This document shows, in pieces, positions 9,034 through 18,127 of a stretch of DNA of 32,000 nucleotides. Source of the stretch: Hyperthermus butylicus DSM 5456. GTDB lineage: Archaea > Thermoproteota > Thermoprotei_A > Sulfolobales > Pyrodictiaceae. Every line of letters starts with the position of its first letter. The stretch's first letter is position 1. The position numbers were made by a program, and so were the translations under genes. A model generated the notes under the pieces. The model had not been told where the DNA came from, did not search any database, and saw only the letters and a list, made by a program, of their open reading frames with translations. Location: assembly GCF_000015145.1 (NCBI RefSeq), contig NC_008818.1, positions 1,635,164 to 1,667,163 of the forward strand, in the 5' to 3' direction.

Positions 9034-9059
9034 GCCAAGCTACACCCCCTAGGCCCCTC

Positions 9060-9665
9060 CTACCTCTTACGTCTAACAGTTAGCACGTAGAGGGGTGAGA
9101 CCTTCCTCTGCTCTTCATTGCCGCAACGTAGGCATACGAGCTTGTTTGACCCTGGTACACGGTGTAGGGGTGCTCCGCAAACCGAGCAGAACGCCATTAT
9201 GACACCATCCTGCGGCCTCTTTATGGAGAGTACGTAGACCGGTGCTGGGGATAGGCTTGTCGCTCTGAGAATGTCACCTGGCTTTACATAGTCGTATATG
9301 CTTCTTTGCTGCGGCGAATCACTAGCCTGTAGTATGTGGAGTATGCCGGTGAAACTACCGTTGTAGGGTACTAGCCTCTCATCAGCAAATATTTTTACAA
9401 GCATTAGTTCCTCGCGTGGTGCGCCAATAGCTACACCGTACACAACACTATTCCTCCTAGGTAGCCTAGGCTTACCGGTTACCGGCTTGACACTTATGCG
9501 GCGGTTAGCAAAGTCTATCTCGACCTGGCCGAACCTTGCAGCCCTTATAACGCCATCATCGACGTAGACACCGTCACCAGGCAGAAACTCTTCAATAGTG
9601 CATAGCGGCTCGCCGGGGAAGACCCTGCGTCCCCTAAGCTCCGCTATTGGTGCCAAAGCAGTCAT
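9060..9665 (-). CDS. csl4: Exosome complex RNA-binding subunit Csl4
   Basis: 201 aa with an N-terminal domain, an S1-like central part and a C-terminal zinc ribbon (CSVCGAPLHRVPGSNKLVCLRCG). It sits in the known csl4-rpoL-dph2-methylase neighbourhood. Confidence 0.85.
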   Translation of the reverse strand: MTALAPIAELRGRRVFPGEPLCTIEEFLPGDGVYVDDGVIRAARFGQVEIDFANRRISVKPVTGKPRLPRRNSVVYGVAIGAPREELMLVKIFADERLVPYNGSFTGILHILQASDSPQQRSIYDYVKPGDILRATSLSPAPVYVLSIKRPQDGVIMAFCSVCGAPLHRVPGSNKLVCLRCGNEEQRKVSPLYVLTVRRKR

Positions 9666-9753
9666 CCCGGCAACTTACCTCCTCCTAGCCACCATTTGCT
9701 CTTACTGATGCGAGTATAATAACCGGTACACGGTGCACCTTCTTGACATGCGT

Positions 9754-10278
9754 TTAATAGGTAGCACGGATGGGGAAGACGTGATGCTCAACAACCACGA
9801 TTCTATAACCTAGCTCTTTAAGCCTAGCCTCAAGGAATCCTAATGCACCCTCAACATCCTTGTGTATCGAAACTATAAGCTCGGCGCCAAGCATTGATGC
9901 TGTACGTAGAAACTCTACATCAGCCCCCTTACGATGTACCCCGAAGGGTGGATTCTGGAGCACACAGTAACTAGCCCTTCGGAGAGGAAGGTGCCTCGCA
10001 TACGCCTGGACAAAGTCTACTAGGAGCACCCCATAGAGCTGAGAGTGGACAGTCTCCACTAGCTGTCGTTCATCAATATCGATGCCTATGCTATAGGAGC
10101 CTAGAATTAGTGAAGAGGCAAAAGCTATCATACCAGTTCCAGTGCCCAGGTCAACCACAATTCCACAACCCTGAGCCATTATTGCCATTCTAGCTGCTAG
10201 TTCGGGCGGAGTCCTATATTGTTCGAGCTCGCGTTTAGGCCGCGTAAATTCTGGCACATATCTCTCTAGGGTAATCAC
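9754..10278 (-). CDS. METTL5-like / COG2263-type RNA methyltransferase
   Basis: 174 aa with a GTG start. Motifs are LEQYRTPPELAA, the SAM motif VVDLGTGTGMIA and the catalytic LQNPPFG. Confidence 0.75.
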   Translation of the reverse strand: MITLERYVPEFTRPKRELEQYRTPPELAARMAIMAQGCGIVVDLGTGTGMIAFASSLILGSYSIGIDIDERQLVETVHSQLYGVLLVDFVQAYARHLPLRRASYCVLQNPPFGVHRKGADVEFLRTASMLGAELIVSIHKDVEGALGFLEARLKELGYRIVVVEHHVFPIRATY

Positions 10279-10321
10279 TATCCTTGAGAGTCTTGGTAGC
10301 TCCTTAATGCTACCTCACCCT

Positions 10322-11359
10322 CTACCAGGGGAAACGGTACCTCTCCAGCCTACCCGTGATAGCTACAAACGCTTCTCCCGGCGTTAGTACGGGCTTCCAG
10401 TAGTCACCAAGATCCTCTATTGCAAGCCTGGGACAAGACGTTACTATGAAGGCATCGTAGTCGTCTGGCGAGAGATTGTCAAGGTATTCCCTGCTAAGCC
10501 TCTCACTGTATAGCAGCCTATAGCTTTTGCCAGCTCTTCGGAGGAGCTTCGTGACTGCCTCAACGACGCCAGGCCTATACTGGCCGGGAAGCAAGCCTAC
10601 TATTACCCCAAACCTATCTGCACTCATCGCTTGTCTTATCACCCAGTATCGTTTTGCAAGCCAGCGCCTCGCAGTACCCGTTACATTCTCCACAGTCCCG
10701 GTATATGGATCGGCACGGTAGACAGGCTTTGAAGCCTCTAGGGCCAGTGCTAAACCTATGGCGTGGAAGTAGCCACCGGCAATAACAACATAGGCGTCCG
10801 CATTGCTCCTCACTAGTGGCTGGTAGTAGCAGCCGAGAATCCTAGCTGCCGCCTTAACCTTGACCCCCCACTTCGCTAGGAGCTCTGCAACACGTATACC
10901 GAGCCTCTTGTGCTGGGCTGGGAAGCCTATGGCTAGCGTTGGGGCTTTTACGGTTTCGACGATCCGCGTTGCAAGACTGGAGAAGTCAGCACCAACATAC
11001 TCACCCTCAACATAGAATACTCTTGGCGGTGTGGTGTAGAGGCATCGGCTACCCATACAGAGGGGGTAGGGGTACTCGTCGTGGCCTATGTGTACTATGG
11101 CGTCCACAAATCCTTGACTGAGGAGTTGTAACGATGTGCTACAAGACCCGTAAACTGGCTCGAGGCGGATGATTACCTCGATGTCCTCCCCTAAACATTC
11201 AGCTATGATGCTGGAGAGTTTTTCGGAGAGGTGCAACATGCCAGGAGGTGCTTCGAGGAGAAGCCTCTTGTAGCCATACCTCCGGACATGCTCTATGAGT
11301 TTGGAAAAATCGAAGAGATAACCATCAACTATTCTTACACAGTCAGAGCTTCTGCTCAC
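10322..11359 (-). CDS. dph2: Diphthamide synthesis protein Dph2 (2-(3-amino-3-carboxypropyl)histidine synthase)
   Basis: 345 aa with typical archaeal Dph2 sequence and size. It is adjacent to L10e and the methylase, as in other archaea. Confidence 0.85.
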   Translation of the reverse strand: MSRSSDCVRIVDGYLFDFSKLIEHVRRYGYKRLLLEAPPGMLHLSEKLSSIIAECLGEDIEVIIRLEPVYGSCSTSLQLLSQGFVDAIVHIGHDEYPYPLCMGSRCLYTTPPRVFYVEGEYVGADFSSLATRIVETVKAPTLAIGFPAQHKRLGIRVAELLAKWGVKVKAAARILGCYYQPLVRSNADAYVVIAGGYFHAIGLALALEASKPVYRADPYTGTVENVTGTARRWLAKRYWVIRQAMSADRFGVIVGLLPGQYRPGVVEAVTKLLRRAGKSYRLLYSERLSREYLDNLSPDDYDAFIVTSCPRLAIEDLGDYWKPVLTPGEAFVAITGRLERYRFPW

Positions 11360-11361
11360 TG

Positions 11362-11904
11362 TTATGCAGCCGCCTTAGCCTCCTCCTTTAACGGTATGAC
11401 ACGGATACGGGATGGTAGTGGAAGCTTTGAGGCGCCACGCCTTAGTGCCTCCTTTGCATGGTCTAAGTGTTCCTTCTTGACCCGCACCTCTAGCACAGCC
11501 TGGCCGGGATAGACTCTTGCAGCTGTGCCAACAGGCTTGCCAAAGGCCTGCCTCATACCCTCCTGTAGACGGTCAGCACCAGCGAACGCCATCATCTTGT
11601 TCTCGCGCAACACATGGTGGGGGTACACCCTGACCCTGAAGAAGTAGTTCTGGTCGCCAATCGTTGTTGAGAGATACTTGTGCACAGCTACACGTGCCGC
11701 CTCCAGCGCGTTATGCCTTATCTGACCGCGTTCGGTGACATAGACTTCTACTATATAGTCATAGTCGCCATGCGGATTGCCCATGACGAACTTCTGTATT
11801 TTTGGCGGTGGCACACCATGTATATACTCCTTTCTAGTGTATGGAGGCCCTGAGAATGCCTTCGACCTTCTCTTGGTGTAGCAGCGTGCTGGCTTCTGCG
11901 GCAT
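11362..11904 (-). CDS. rpl10e: 50S ribosomal protein L10e (uL16)
   Basis: 180 aa, with PARCYT...[15 protein letters not shown]...[15 protein letters not shown] typical of L10e. Confidence 0.92.
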   Translation of the reverse strand: MPQKPARCYTKRRSKAFSGPPYTRKEYIHGVPPPKIQKFVMGNPHGDYDYIVEVYVTERGQIRHNALEAARVAVHKYLSTTIGDQNYFFRVRVYPHHVLRENKMMAFAGADRLQEGMRQAFGKPVGTAARVYPGQAVLEVRVKKEHLDHAKEALRRGASKLPLPSRIRVIPLKEEAKAAA

Positions 11905-11968
11905 AGGCTACGCCACCCCATGAGAGCCGTTTGTGTATCCTGGTAGGGTTAAATGCTATACGCGCCCC

Positions 11969-12175
11969 CTAGGGCCTTGCAACTATTATGAAGGGGTATA
12001 GGTTTCCGTGAGCAACCCTCCTCTTATGCGTTACCCTCCAGCCGTACTCGCCCAGTAGCTTCTCGACAAAGCCATGCTCGGTGGTTATCAGTGTCATGGA
12101 CTTCTGCACAACCTCCACAGCCTCCCCTATAAACCTGGCATAGAGCCCCCTAACCTCCCTCGGGCTGCCGAGCTC
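11969..12175 (-). pseudogene. Out-of-frame C-terminal continuation of the THUMP methyltransferase
   Basis: My own translation of a second minus-strand frame gives ELGSPREVRGLYARFIGEAVEVVQKSMTLITTEHGFVEKLLGEYGWRVTHKRRVAHGNLYPFIIVARP*. This is the expected continuation after NPPYG(IR)LG in this family. The frame is closed by TAA immediately upstream (12176-12178), so one extra base near 12172-12177 separates the two parts. Confidence 0.75.
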
Positions 12176-13040
12176 TTATCCCGTAGGGCGGGTTAGAGAC
12201 AAGCACATCAACAGACGATACATACCTCCGCAGCTTGGTCGCATCGCCGACGATAAACTCTATCCTCTTCTCAACCATTGCTGCCCTAGCATTTAGTACT
12301 GCGCCCTCGATATGTCTTCTACTCTTATCCATACATATGATTCTTGAGTCTTCGAAGATGTATGCCGCCTCTATAGCTATGGTTCCCCCACCACACATGG
12401 GGTCCATCACGGTATCGCCATCAGCTGCACCGGAGAGGAGAAGCATTGCATAGGCTAGTGTTGGCTTCAACGCTGCCGGGTGGTCGTATATCCTGTAGCC
12501 TCTGCGGTGCCAGGATAGTTCGCCGCCAATATCTATACCAACCATGATATTGTCCTCTATAACCTCGACAGCAACCACCACTGCTGGATAGTCCAGGTCA
12601 ACTGGCGGTCTCACACCATACCTGCTTTTCACAGCGTCTATCACGGCATCGCCTGCAACCCTTGCTATGTCTAGTGATGTGTACTCGTGCGTGCCTGCTC
12701 TTTCAGCCCTTACTGCAAAGCTTGTCCACGGCGTAACGTAGAAGTCAACCCCACTACCTTTAACTATCTCGTAGACCTTCTCTAGACAGCTCCGTGCCGG
12801 GCAAACATTGGATTCTGCGAGCACTATCACAGCGCGGTGTATGGATCTCATCTCCTCGACGAATTCTAGCATATCCTCATCTACTTCCACGTATAGCCTG
12901 CCAAAGCCGTCTCTAGCCTCTAGGAGCCTAGCTGAGATCTTGGCTTCTGCTTCGTGTGCAGCGATATCCTCTATACCCGGATTGGTTGTGAGTAGTAGCT
13001 TAACCAATGCTGCAGCTCCCTCATGCCTAGCACGCTTCAA
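12150..13040 (-). CDS. THUMP-domain tRNA/rRNA guanine-N2 methyltransferase (Trm14/RlmL-like, COG0116), N-terminal 296 codons ending prematurely
   Basis: The THUMP region is followed by WHRRGYRIYDHPAALKPTLA, the SAM motif DPMCGGGTIAIEA and the catalytic NPPYGIR. The ORF then stops after 7 aberrant codons (ARQPEGG*). See the partner fragment at 11969-12175. Confidence 0.8.
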   Translation of the reverse strand: MKRARHEGAAALVKLLLTTNPGIEDIAAHEAEAKISARLLEARDGFGRLYVEVDEDMLEFVEEMRSIHRAVIVLAESNVCPARSCLEKVYEIVKGSGVDFYVTPWTSFAVRAERAGTHEYTSLDIARVAGDAVIDAVKSRYGVRPPVDLDYPAVVVAVEVIEDNIMVGIDIGGELSWHRRGYRIYDHPAALKPTLAYAMLLLSGAADGDTVMDPMCGGGTIAIEAAYIFEDSRIICMDKSRRHIEGAVLNARAAMVEKRIEFIVGDATKLRRYVSSVDVLVSNPPYGIRARQPEGG

Positions 13041-13746
13041 GCCGCTTTCTCAGCTTCTTAGCAAAATAGTATAGCATTGATGCCTCTCCACCCGTAATAC
13101 TGCAGCGCCACAGTATGTGCTTAAGTGCCGCCTTGACCTGGCTAACTCTCTCCCTGTCGACGAGCTTCTCGGCGAGCCATGATAGGTGCTCGTATATTCG
13201 TTCCAGTGTCTCGCCGCGGGCTGGCTCGTGAAGTTGTTTTTCTCCGCGCCGCGTGTTGTAGAGTTCGTAGAGGAGTATTGCTACTGCGTGGCTTAGGTTT
13301 AGGACGGGATAGTTTGGGTTAGCTGGTATGTGGACTAGAAGGTGGCATTTTGCCAGTTCATCCCTTGTTAGTCCTACACTTTCCCTCCCAAACACGACTG
13401 CAACACTCTCATAGCGTGGCGCTATCTCCTCGGCGAACTCGCGGGGGGTGACAGCGTGGCGAAGCACATCCGACGCCTGGCCTATCTTTGCACTCGTACA
13501 TACCGCTAGATCCACACCCTTCAACGCCTCTTCAAGACTATCAACCACTATTACACGATCCAGCATGTAGACTCCATTGGCGGCAAATCGCCTAGCCTCA
13601 CTGCTTTCAGGGCTCGCAACCGGCGATACAAGGTAGAACTCGTCTATTGCAAAGTTGGCAGCAAGCCTAGCTATAAAGCCTAGGTTAATCTCGCCCTCAA
13701 CACCGACAACTACCAGCCTCACCCTTGGCGGGCCAAGACTCTGCAA
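13027..13746 (-). CDS. SpoU/TrmJ-like tRNA 2'-O-ribose methyltransferase (SPOUT class)
   Basis: 239 aa. RLVVVGVEGEINLGFIARLAANF, VFGRESVGLT and IPANPNYPVLNLSHAV match the TrmJ/LasT family pattern. Confidence 0.75.
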   Translation of the reverse strand: MQSLGPPRVRLVVVGVEGEINLGFIARLAANFAIDEFYLVSPVASPESSEARRFAANGVYMLDRVIVVDSLEEALKGVDLAVCTSAKIGQASDVLRHAVTPREFAEEIAPRYESVAVVFGRESVGLTRDELAKCHLLVHIPANPNYPVLNLSHAVAILLYELYNTRRGEKQLHEPARGETLERIYEHLSWLAEKLVDRERVSQVKAALKHILWRCSITGGEASMLYYFAKKLRKRLEAC

Positions 13747-14366
13747 GCCCTAACACCCACTATGTCCTCGAAGAAGAAGTGTATTTTGTATCTCTCAACA
13801 CCAAACCCCCTATCCCTAAGCTTTCCAACCAACTCCCTATCATCACCGCTAAGCGACGAGTATACCAGTATGATGCAGCTCGCCCATTCCCCAGCAATAT
13901 CCACAATCCTCTGCGCTTCACGTAGACCCCCACTCCATGCAAGACCCAATAGTTCATCGTACTCTTCTACGGGTAGGTACGGCGTATTATAGACGGCTAG
14001 TGTTCTCGTCCCTAGCCGCCGGATACACGTAGCATTATCACACTGGACTATGTCAACATACGCGCTGAGGCCTAGTCTCTCAGTATTAGTCTTTGCACAA
14101 TATGTCGCACAAGGATTAACGTCTATGAGCACCGTATAGGTTTTAGTTTTCGCTGCAGTATATACTCCAAGTACGCCTGTACCACAGCCAACATCCAGAA
14201 CAATACTATACCCGTTGCTTACAAGCGTCTTCTCTAGAATGTCTAGGGCTAGCCAGGTATCCTCAGCAGGCTCATACACATTCTCGCAGCATGAGAGAAC
14301 AAGGTCCCCGAGCGGTGGGCAGTTACTTGTGACTCGGAGCTGGCAGCTATAGCCGGGCCTTATCAC
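13719..14366 (-). CDS. HemK/Mtq2-like N5-glutamine (release factor) methyltransferase
   Basis: 215 aa with VYEPAEDTWLALD, the SAM motif VLDVGCGTGVLG, a catalytic tetrad present as NTPY (usually NPPY), and AWSGG. Confidence 0.65.
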   Translation of the reverse strand: MIRPGYSCQLRVTSNCPPLGDLVLSCCENVYEPAEDTWLALDILEKTLVSNGYSIVLDVGCGTGVLGVYTAAKTKTYTVLIDVNPCATYCAKTNTERLGLSAYVDIVQCDNATCIRRLGTRTLAVYNTPYLPVEEYDELLGLAWSGGLREAQRIVDIAGEWASCIILVYSSLSGDDRELVGKLRDRGFGVERYKIHFFFEDIVGVRACRVLARQG

Positions 14367-14371
14367 GGCTC

Positions 14372-15127
14372 CTACCCATTCTGGGAGTCCAGCAGCTGGA
14401 TAAACTTCTCCGGCTCCAGCTGATAGACTCTTATATCTCTGCCAACAAGACCCTCAATTTTACTTAGCTCGATTCCAATGCATTTAGCTGCGACCTTTGC
14501 AGCTCTCTTATTCCTCTCTGAGAACATGCACTTGGTAAGCTCCTCAACCCTCCTCAACATATCTGGGCTGGGGGCGTCAGGCCTGGGTACTAGCTCAACT
14601 ATTCTCGAGTACACCTTTGGCCTAGGCCTGAAAGCTGATGGAGGTACCACTGGGCCTGGCTTAACATCGTAGACGAGCCTCACGAGAACCGTTATCCTGC
14701 CATAGCTTGCTGTGCCCGGCTTTGCAGCCAGCCGATCAACAACCTCTCGCTGGAGAAGCAGCAGTGCCGGTTTCCTAGCCTCGACAACTAGTAGCGAGAG
14801 CAGCGGCCCCGTGATGTTGTAGGGTATACTTCCATAAACTGCATCCACACCTCCCAGTCTTAGCGGAGGCTCCACAGCATCAGCTATGACGGGCATGAAC
14901 CCTGTAAAGTAAAAGCTTATTGAGGCAAGCTCGCCTACGAGCCGCAAATCAAGCTCTAGGCCGGCTATCTCGACGCTACAGCTACGCAGGATCGTCGAGG
15001 TAAGAAATCCCTGGCCAACACCTACCTCAAGTAGCCTCCGAAACCTACAAGCCCAGCCAGCAAAGATTCTCGCAACCCACCTTGCAACGAGGAAGTGTTG
15101 CCCAAGTTCGCGCCTAGCTCTTAACAC
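14372..15127 (-). CDS. ksgA: 16S rRNA dimethyladenosine transferase KsgA/Dim1
   Basis: 251 aa with a GTG start. It has LGQHFL at the N-terminus, the SAM motif LLEVGVGQGFLT and IPYNITGP. Confidence 0.85.
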   Translation of the reverse strand: MLRARRELGQHFLVARWVARIFAGWACRFRRLLEVGVGQGFLTSTILRSCSVEIAGLELDLRLVGELASISFYFTGFMPVIADAVEPPLRLGGVDAVYGSIPYNITGPLLSLLVVEARKPALLLLQREVVDRLAAKPGTASYGRITVLVRLVYDVKPGPVVPPSAFRPRPKVYSRIVELVPRPDAPSPDMLRRVEELTKCMFSERNKRAAKVAAKCIGIELSKIEGLVGRDIRVYQLEPEKFIQLLDSQNG

Positions 15128-15136
15128 TTCTCAGCC

Positions 15137-15877
15137 CTAGCCCCCGCCACTACTCTCGCTTCCGAAGAGCCGCTTATAGATTAGTGCGAGGTAGTTTAGG
15201 AAGATGGGTCTAGACTCAATGCTTTGCAGTTCTCTACGGGGAGGCTCTATGAAGAGGTAGTAGCGCTGCCCACCCCTTAACTCCTCAACTATTCTCTCAA
15301 CAAGGATCTTGACTGGGTCTATACCAACCCTGCTAGCTATATCCTCAAAGTCCTTGAAAGGCTCTTTCTCGCGCTGCTCAAGGATTCGGAGTACAGTCTT
15401 CTTGCCGACGCTGGGTAGTAGCTCCAGACTGTGAAACCTAAGCGTTATCGGACCAGCAATGTTGAAGAATTCTACAAATATCTGCTCTCGGTTCCGTACA
15501 ATCTGCTCTACAATACTCGGCAACATACTTTTAGCAAGGCTTGTGAGGTCGTCATATTCTATCCTGTGTAGATCCATGTGCCTACGCTTCCTGACTCTAT
15601 CATAATGCTCGGCGACTACATCCTTAAGGCTTACCCTCTCACCAACCTCGAGGCTGAACTCAGGCTTCACCGAGGCATCAAAGAGCACGAAGAAGTTCTC
15701 ACCGATAAGCTGAGCTACGGGTCTATTCTTATGCCACGGATGCCTATCCACCGGGTTGCCTACAGGCATAAAGTCAAGTACATATGCATAGTCTTCGCGT
15801 GGCCTAAACTCGCGGTGTCTCGCATCCCTCCTGCCAGCCCTACCGTAAGGTGCCATTCTCCTAGACCCTCTCCACAA
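15137..15877 (-). CDS. DUF655-family predicted RNA-binding protein
   Basis: 246 aa with EDYAYVLDFMPVGNP... and a C-terminal helix-hairpin-helix-like region. It lies in the conserved rpoF - DUF655 - ksgA neighbourhood. The Arg-rich N-terminal extension leaves the start uncertain. Confidence 0.7.
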   Translation of the reverse strand: MWRGSRRMAPYGRAGRRDARHREFRPREDYAYVLDFMPVGNPVDRHPWHKNRPVAQLIGENFFVLFDASVKPEFSLEVGERVSLKDVVAEHYDRVRKRRHMDLHRIEYDDLTSLAKSMLPSIVEQIVRNREQIFVEFFNIAGPITLRFHSLELLPSVGKKTVLRILEQREKEPFKDFEDIASRVGIDPVKILVERIVEELRGGQRYYLFIEPPRRELQSIESRPIFLNYLALIYKRLFGSESSGGG

Positions 15878-15963
15878 TACTAGATGCCAGCTAGTAGCCG
15901 GTACACCCAGAAACTAAGAGAGCAAGACGTGAAGGATTTAAAGAGAATGCCTTAGCTGGACGC

Positions 15964-16311
15964 TTAGCTCTCAACCGGGCAGTATTCCTTCAAAACCTCT
16001 AGGGCCTTAGCTATTTTCTCCTCCTCATACCCACCATCAATGTCGCCAAGAATGGCCTTCGCCTCCTCAACATCGACAGGCACGATGTTTACAAGGATTG
16101 CAGCCGCAAATTCTGTAAAGCCTATCTCAACTATGCGGCGAAAGGCTTCCTCTGCATTATCGGGGTCGCACTTCGAGAACTTTGCCAGGTAATCGTAGGC
16201 ACGTGCAACAACAGGATTCTCCTCCACGAGCCGCCGGTGCTGCTCTAGTATCTTTTTAGCAACGGGGAGAGGCACATATCTCGACTCAACTATTTCGACC
16301 AAGACTAGCAC
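15964..16311 (-). CDS. rpoF: DNA-directed RNA polymerase subunit F (Rpo4)
   Basis: 115 aa with the RpoF-like pattern (VPLPVAKKILE...AYDYLAKFSK...ILVNIVPVDVEEAKAI). It lies adjacent to L21e, as in other archaea. Confidence 0.8.
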   Translation of the reverse strand: MLVLVEIVESRYVPLPVAKKILEQHRRLVEENPVVARAYDYLAKFSKCDPDNAEEAFRRIVEIGFTEFAAAILVNIVPVDVEEAKAILGDIDGGYEEEKIAKALEVLKEYCPVES

Positions 16312-16406
16312 CCTACAGCTTCACGTCTTAACAACTCTAACCGTATTGCATGGGAGGGATAAAATGCAGATACAGCTGATATCGCGTAGCTGCACGCTCC
16401 TAGGGG

Positions 16407-16730
16407 TTACTCACGCTTTGGAGGTGTTAAAGCCTCCGGCGGTACTGGGCGCAGATGCTCGGGTCTCACGAAGAGTATCTTAGTCTTACCGCCCACCCTA
16501 ACCTCGACAATGTATGCCTTTCCACGCTTACCGATTACTGTTCCAACCTTGCCATGATATCTTTTGTGCGGCATACCCTTCATAACTGATGGATTTATGA
16601 TTATGTAGACTTTGTCGCCCGGCTTGTACTCGTACATTAGTAGGCTTAGTGGTGGTACTGCACCACGCTCACGTATGTGCTTCTTTAGCACCTTCCTAGT
16701 ACGGTGCCTAAAGCCTTTGGACGGCTTCAC
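16407..16730 (-). CDS. rpl21e: 50S ribosomal protein L21e
   Basis: 107 aa, with SKGFRHRTRKVLKKH...YKPGDKV...MPHKRYHGKVGTV typical of L21e. Confidence 0.92.
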   Translation of the reverse strand: MKPSKGFRHRTRKVLKKHIRERGAVPPLSLLMYEYKPGDKVYIIINPSVMKGMPHKRYHGKVGTVIGKRGKAYIVEVRVGGKTKILFVRPEHLRPVPPEALTPPKRE

Positions 16731-16798
16731 TGTTCTCCCCCGACGCCCCGCATCTATAACTAGCTAAAATAGGCTTAGCTTCCATGACGGAGTGACTC

Positions 16799-18127
16799 CT
16801 AGCTAAAGACTCCGAGGACGTCCAGCTCGGCACAGTATGCACGTGCCGAGAAGTACTCGGCGAAGCTCGGCCTGGTATCGCCTCCATCACCGCTCACAAG
16901 CTCCTTTATGTACAGCCCTCCCTCAGCATGGATTATTGCCTCAAACACGTTATCCGCTAGCTGCCTAGTCTTAACGCTGAAGACTATCTTCTCGCGGACC
17001 ACGTCAGGCCGCCGGTGTCTAACCCTCCGCGGGGTACGCTGCATTATGGACCTCATGTGGAATGCTTCCTCAAGCCCCTTCAGCTCATCCTCGGAAATTG
17101 GCCGCTCGACAACTACAAGTGCCTTGTAGAGCTTGGCGCGGTGCTGTGTTTCACCCTTTATCGAGGCGACGTCGCTGCGTCTCGCCTCAGATAAGAGCTT
17201 GTACTCGACAAGGCCTGCAGCATAGCTGTTAGCTTCAACCTCGGCTACTGCAAGACCTGAGATCCTCTTCCTAGGCCGTTTAGCTTCAACTATGAATGGC
17301 CGCCCTGTCCCCAGCATGCGTGCATCTGCATCCTCCCGGCCGGAAGCATGTATCACTATGTTGTCTGCTTCGAACACCTCAGCCAGTATAAACAAACCAT
17401 CCTCCACGCTGAAGGGATAGCGGCGCTCTCCCCTCCTGGTAACCCATGCTGACTGCGAGACGCGGCGCGCTAGCTTCCAATACCATCCCCTCAGGAGGAG
17501 CGGCATAACTTGTAGCTCAACTCTGCCTTCAGGAACGTGAACTAGAACCACTACATCAGGCTTCTCAAAGTCCGGCTTAACGCCTATGAGCTGCTGCAGT
17601 TTCTTGCCAACCTCTCTCTTAACCTCTGAGCCTATGGACTCGGCATACTCTAGACTGAATCTCCTCTTAACCTCGTCCTCCCTAAACCGAACCTCATCGT
17701 TCACCCGGGCAGCAACAATAAACCCACGAAACTCCAGTCCTTCAAGCATATGCCTTGCACGTTTAACAGCAAGACTGATCATCTCTTGCAGCCGCGACTC
17801 GCAAATATAGCAGCGATTAGGAACCAGCTTTTCCCCGAAAACCTCTTCATACAATTTTGCTGCTAGCTCACCTATATTTGGCGCAAGCCTTCTCAACTGC
17901 TCACGTGCCCCGGCATCGCCTTCGCGTATACGTGCATGCAGCGACATTACAAGCAGAGTCTTTAGGGCCCTTCCACGCTCTTCATTACTGAAACCTCTAC
18001 CCAGGAGACCAAACATTCTACCGAGGCAACTGTCACAAAGAGGAATCTCCTCTAGGAGCCTCAAAGCTTTGCTAGCAATACCAGTTATTACTGCCTCAAC
18101 GCCGTCGCTATGTACACCAGTCATCAT
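16799..18127 (-). CDS. pus10: tRNA pseudouridine(54/55) synthase Pus10
   Basis: 442 aa. An N-terminal zinc-binding CDSCLGR...CYICE (THUMP-containing) region is followed by a C-terminal catalytic domain with GREDADARMLGTGRPF and GLYIKELVSGD. Confidence 0.88.
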   Translation of the reverse strand: MMTGVHSDGVEAVITGIASKALRLLEEIPLCDSCLGRMFGLLGRGFSNEERGRALKTLLVMSLHARIREGDAGAREQLRRLAPNIGELAAKLYEEVFGEKLVPNRCYICESRLQEMISLAVKRARHMLEGLEFRGFIVAARVNDEVRFREDEVKRRFSLEYAESIGSEVKREVGKKLQQLIGVKPDFEKPDVVVLVHVPEGRVELQVMPLLLRGWYWKLARRVSQSAWVTRRGERRYPFSVEDGLFILAEVFEADNIVIHASGREDADARMLGTGRPFIVEAKRPRKRISGLAVAEVEANSYAAGLVEYKLLSEARRSDVASIKGETQHRAKLYKALVVVERPISEDELKGLEEAFHMRSIMQRTPRRVRHRRPDVVREKIVFSVKTRQLADNVFEAIIHAEGGLYIKELVSGDGGDTRPSFAEYFSARAYCAELDVLGVFS

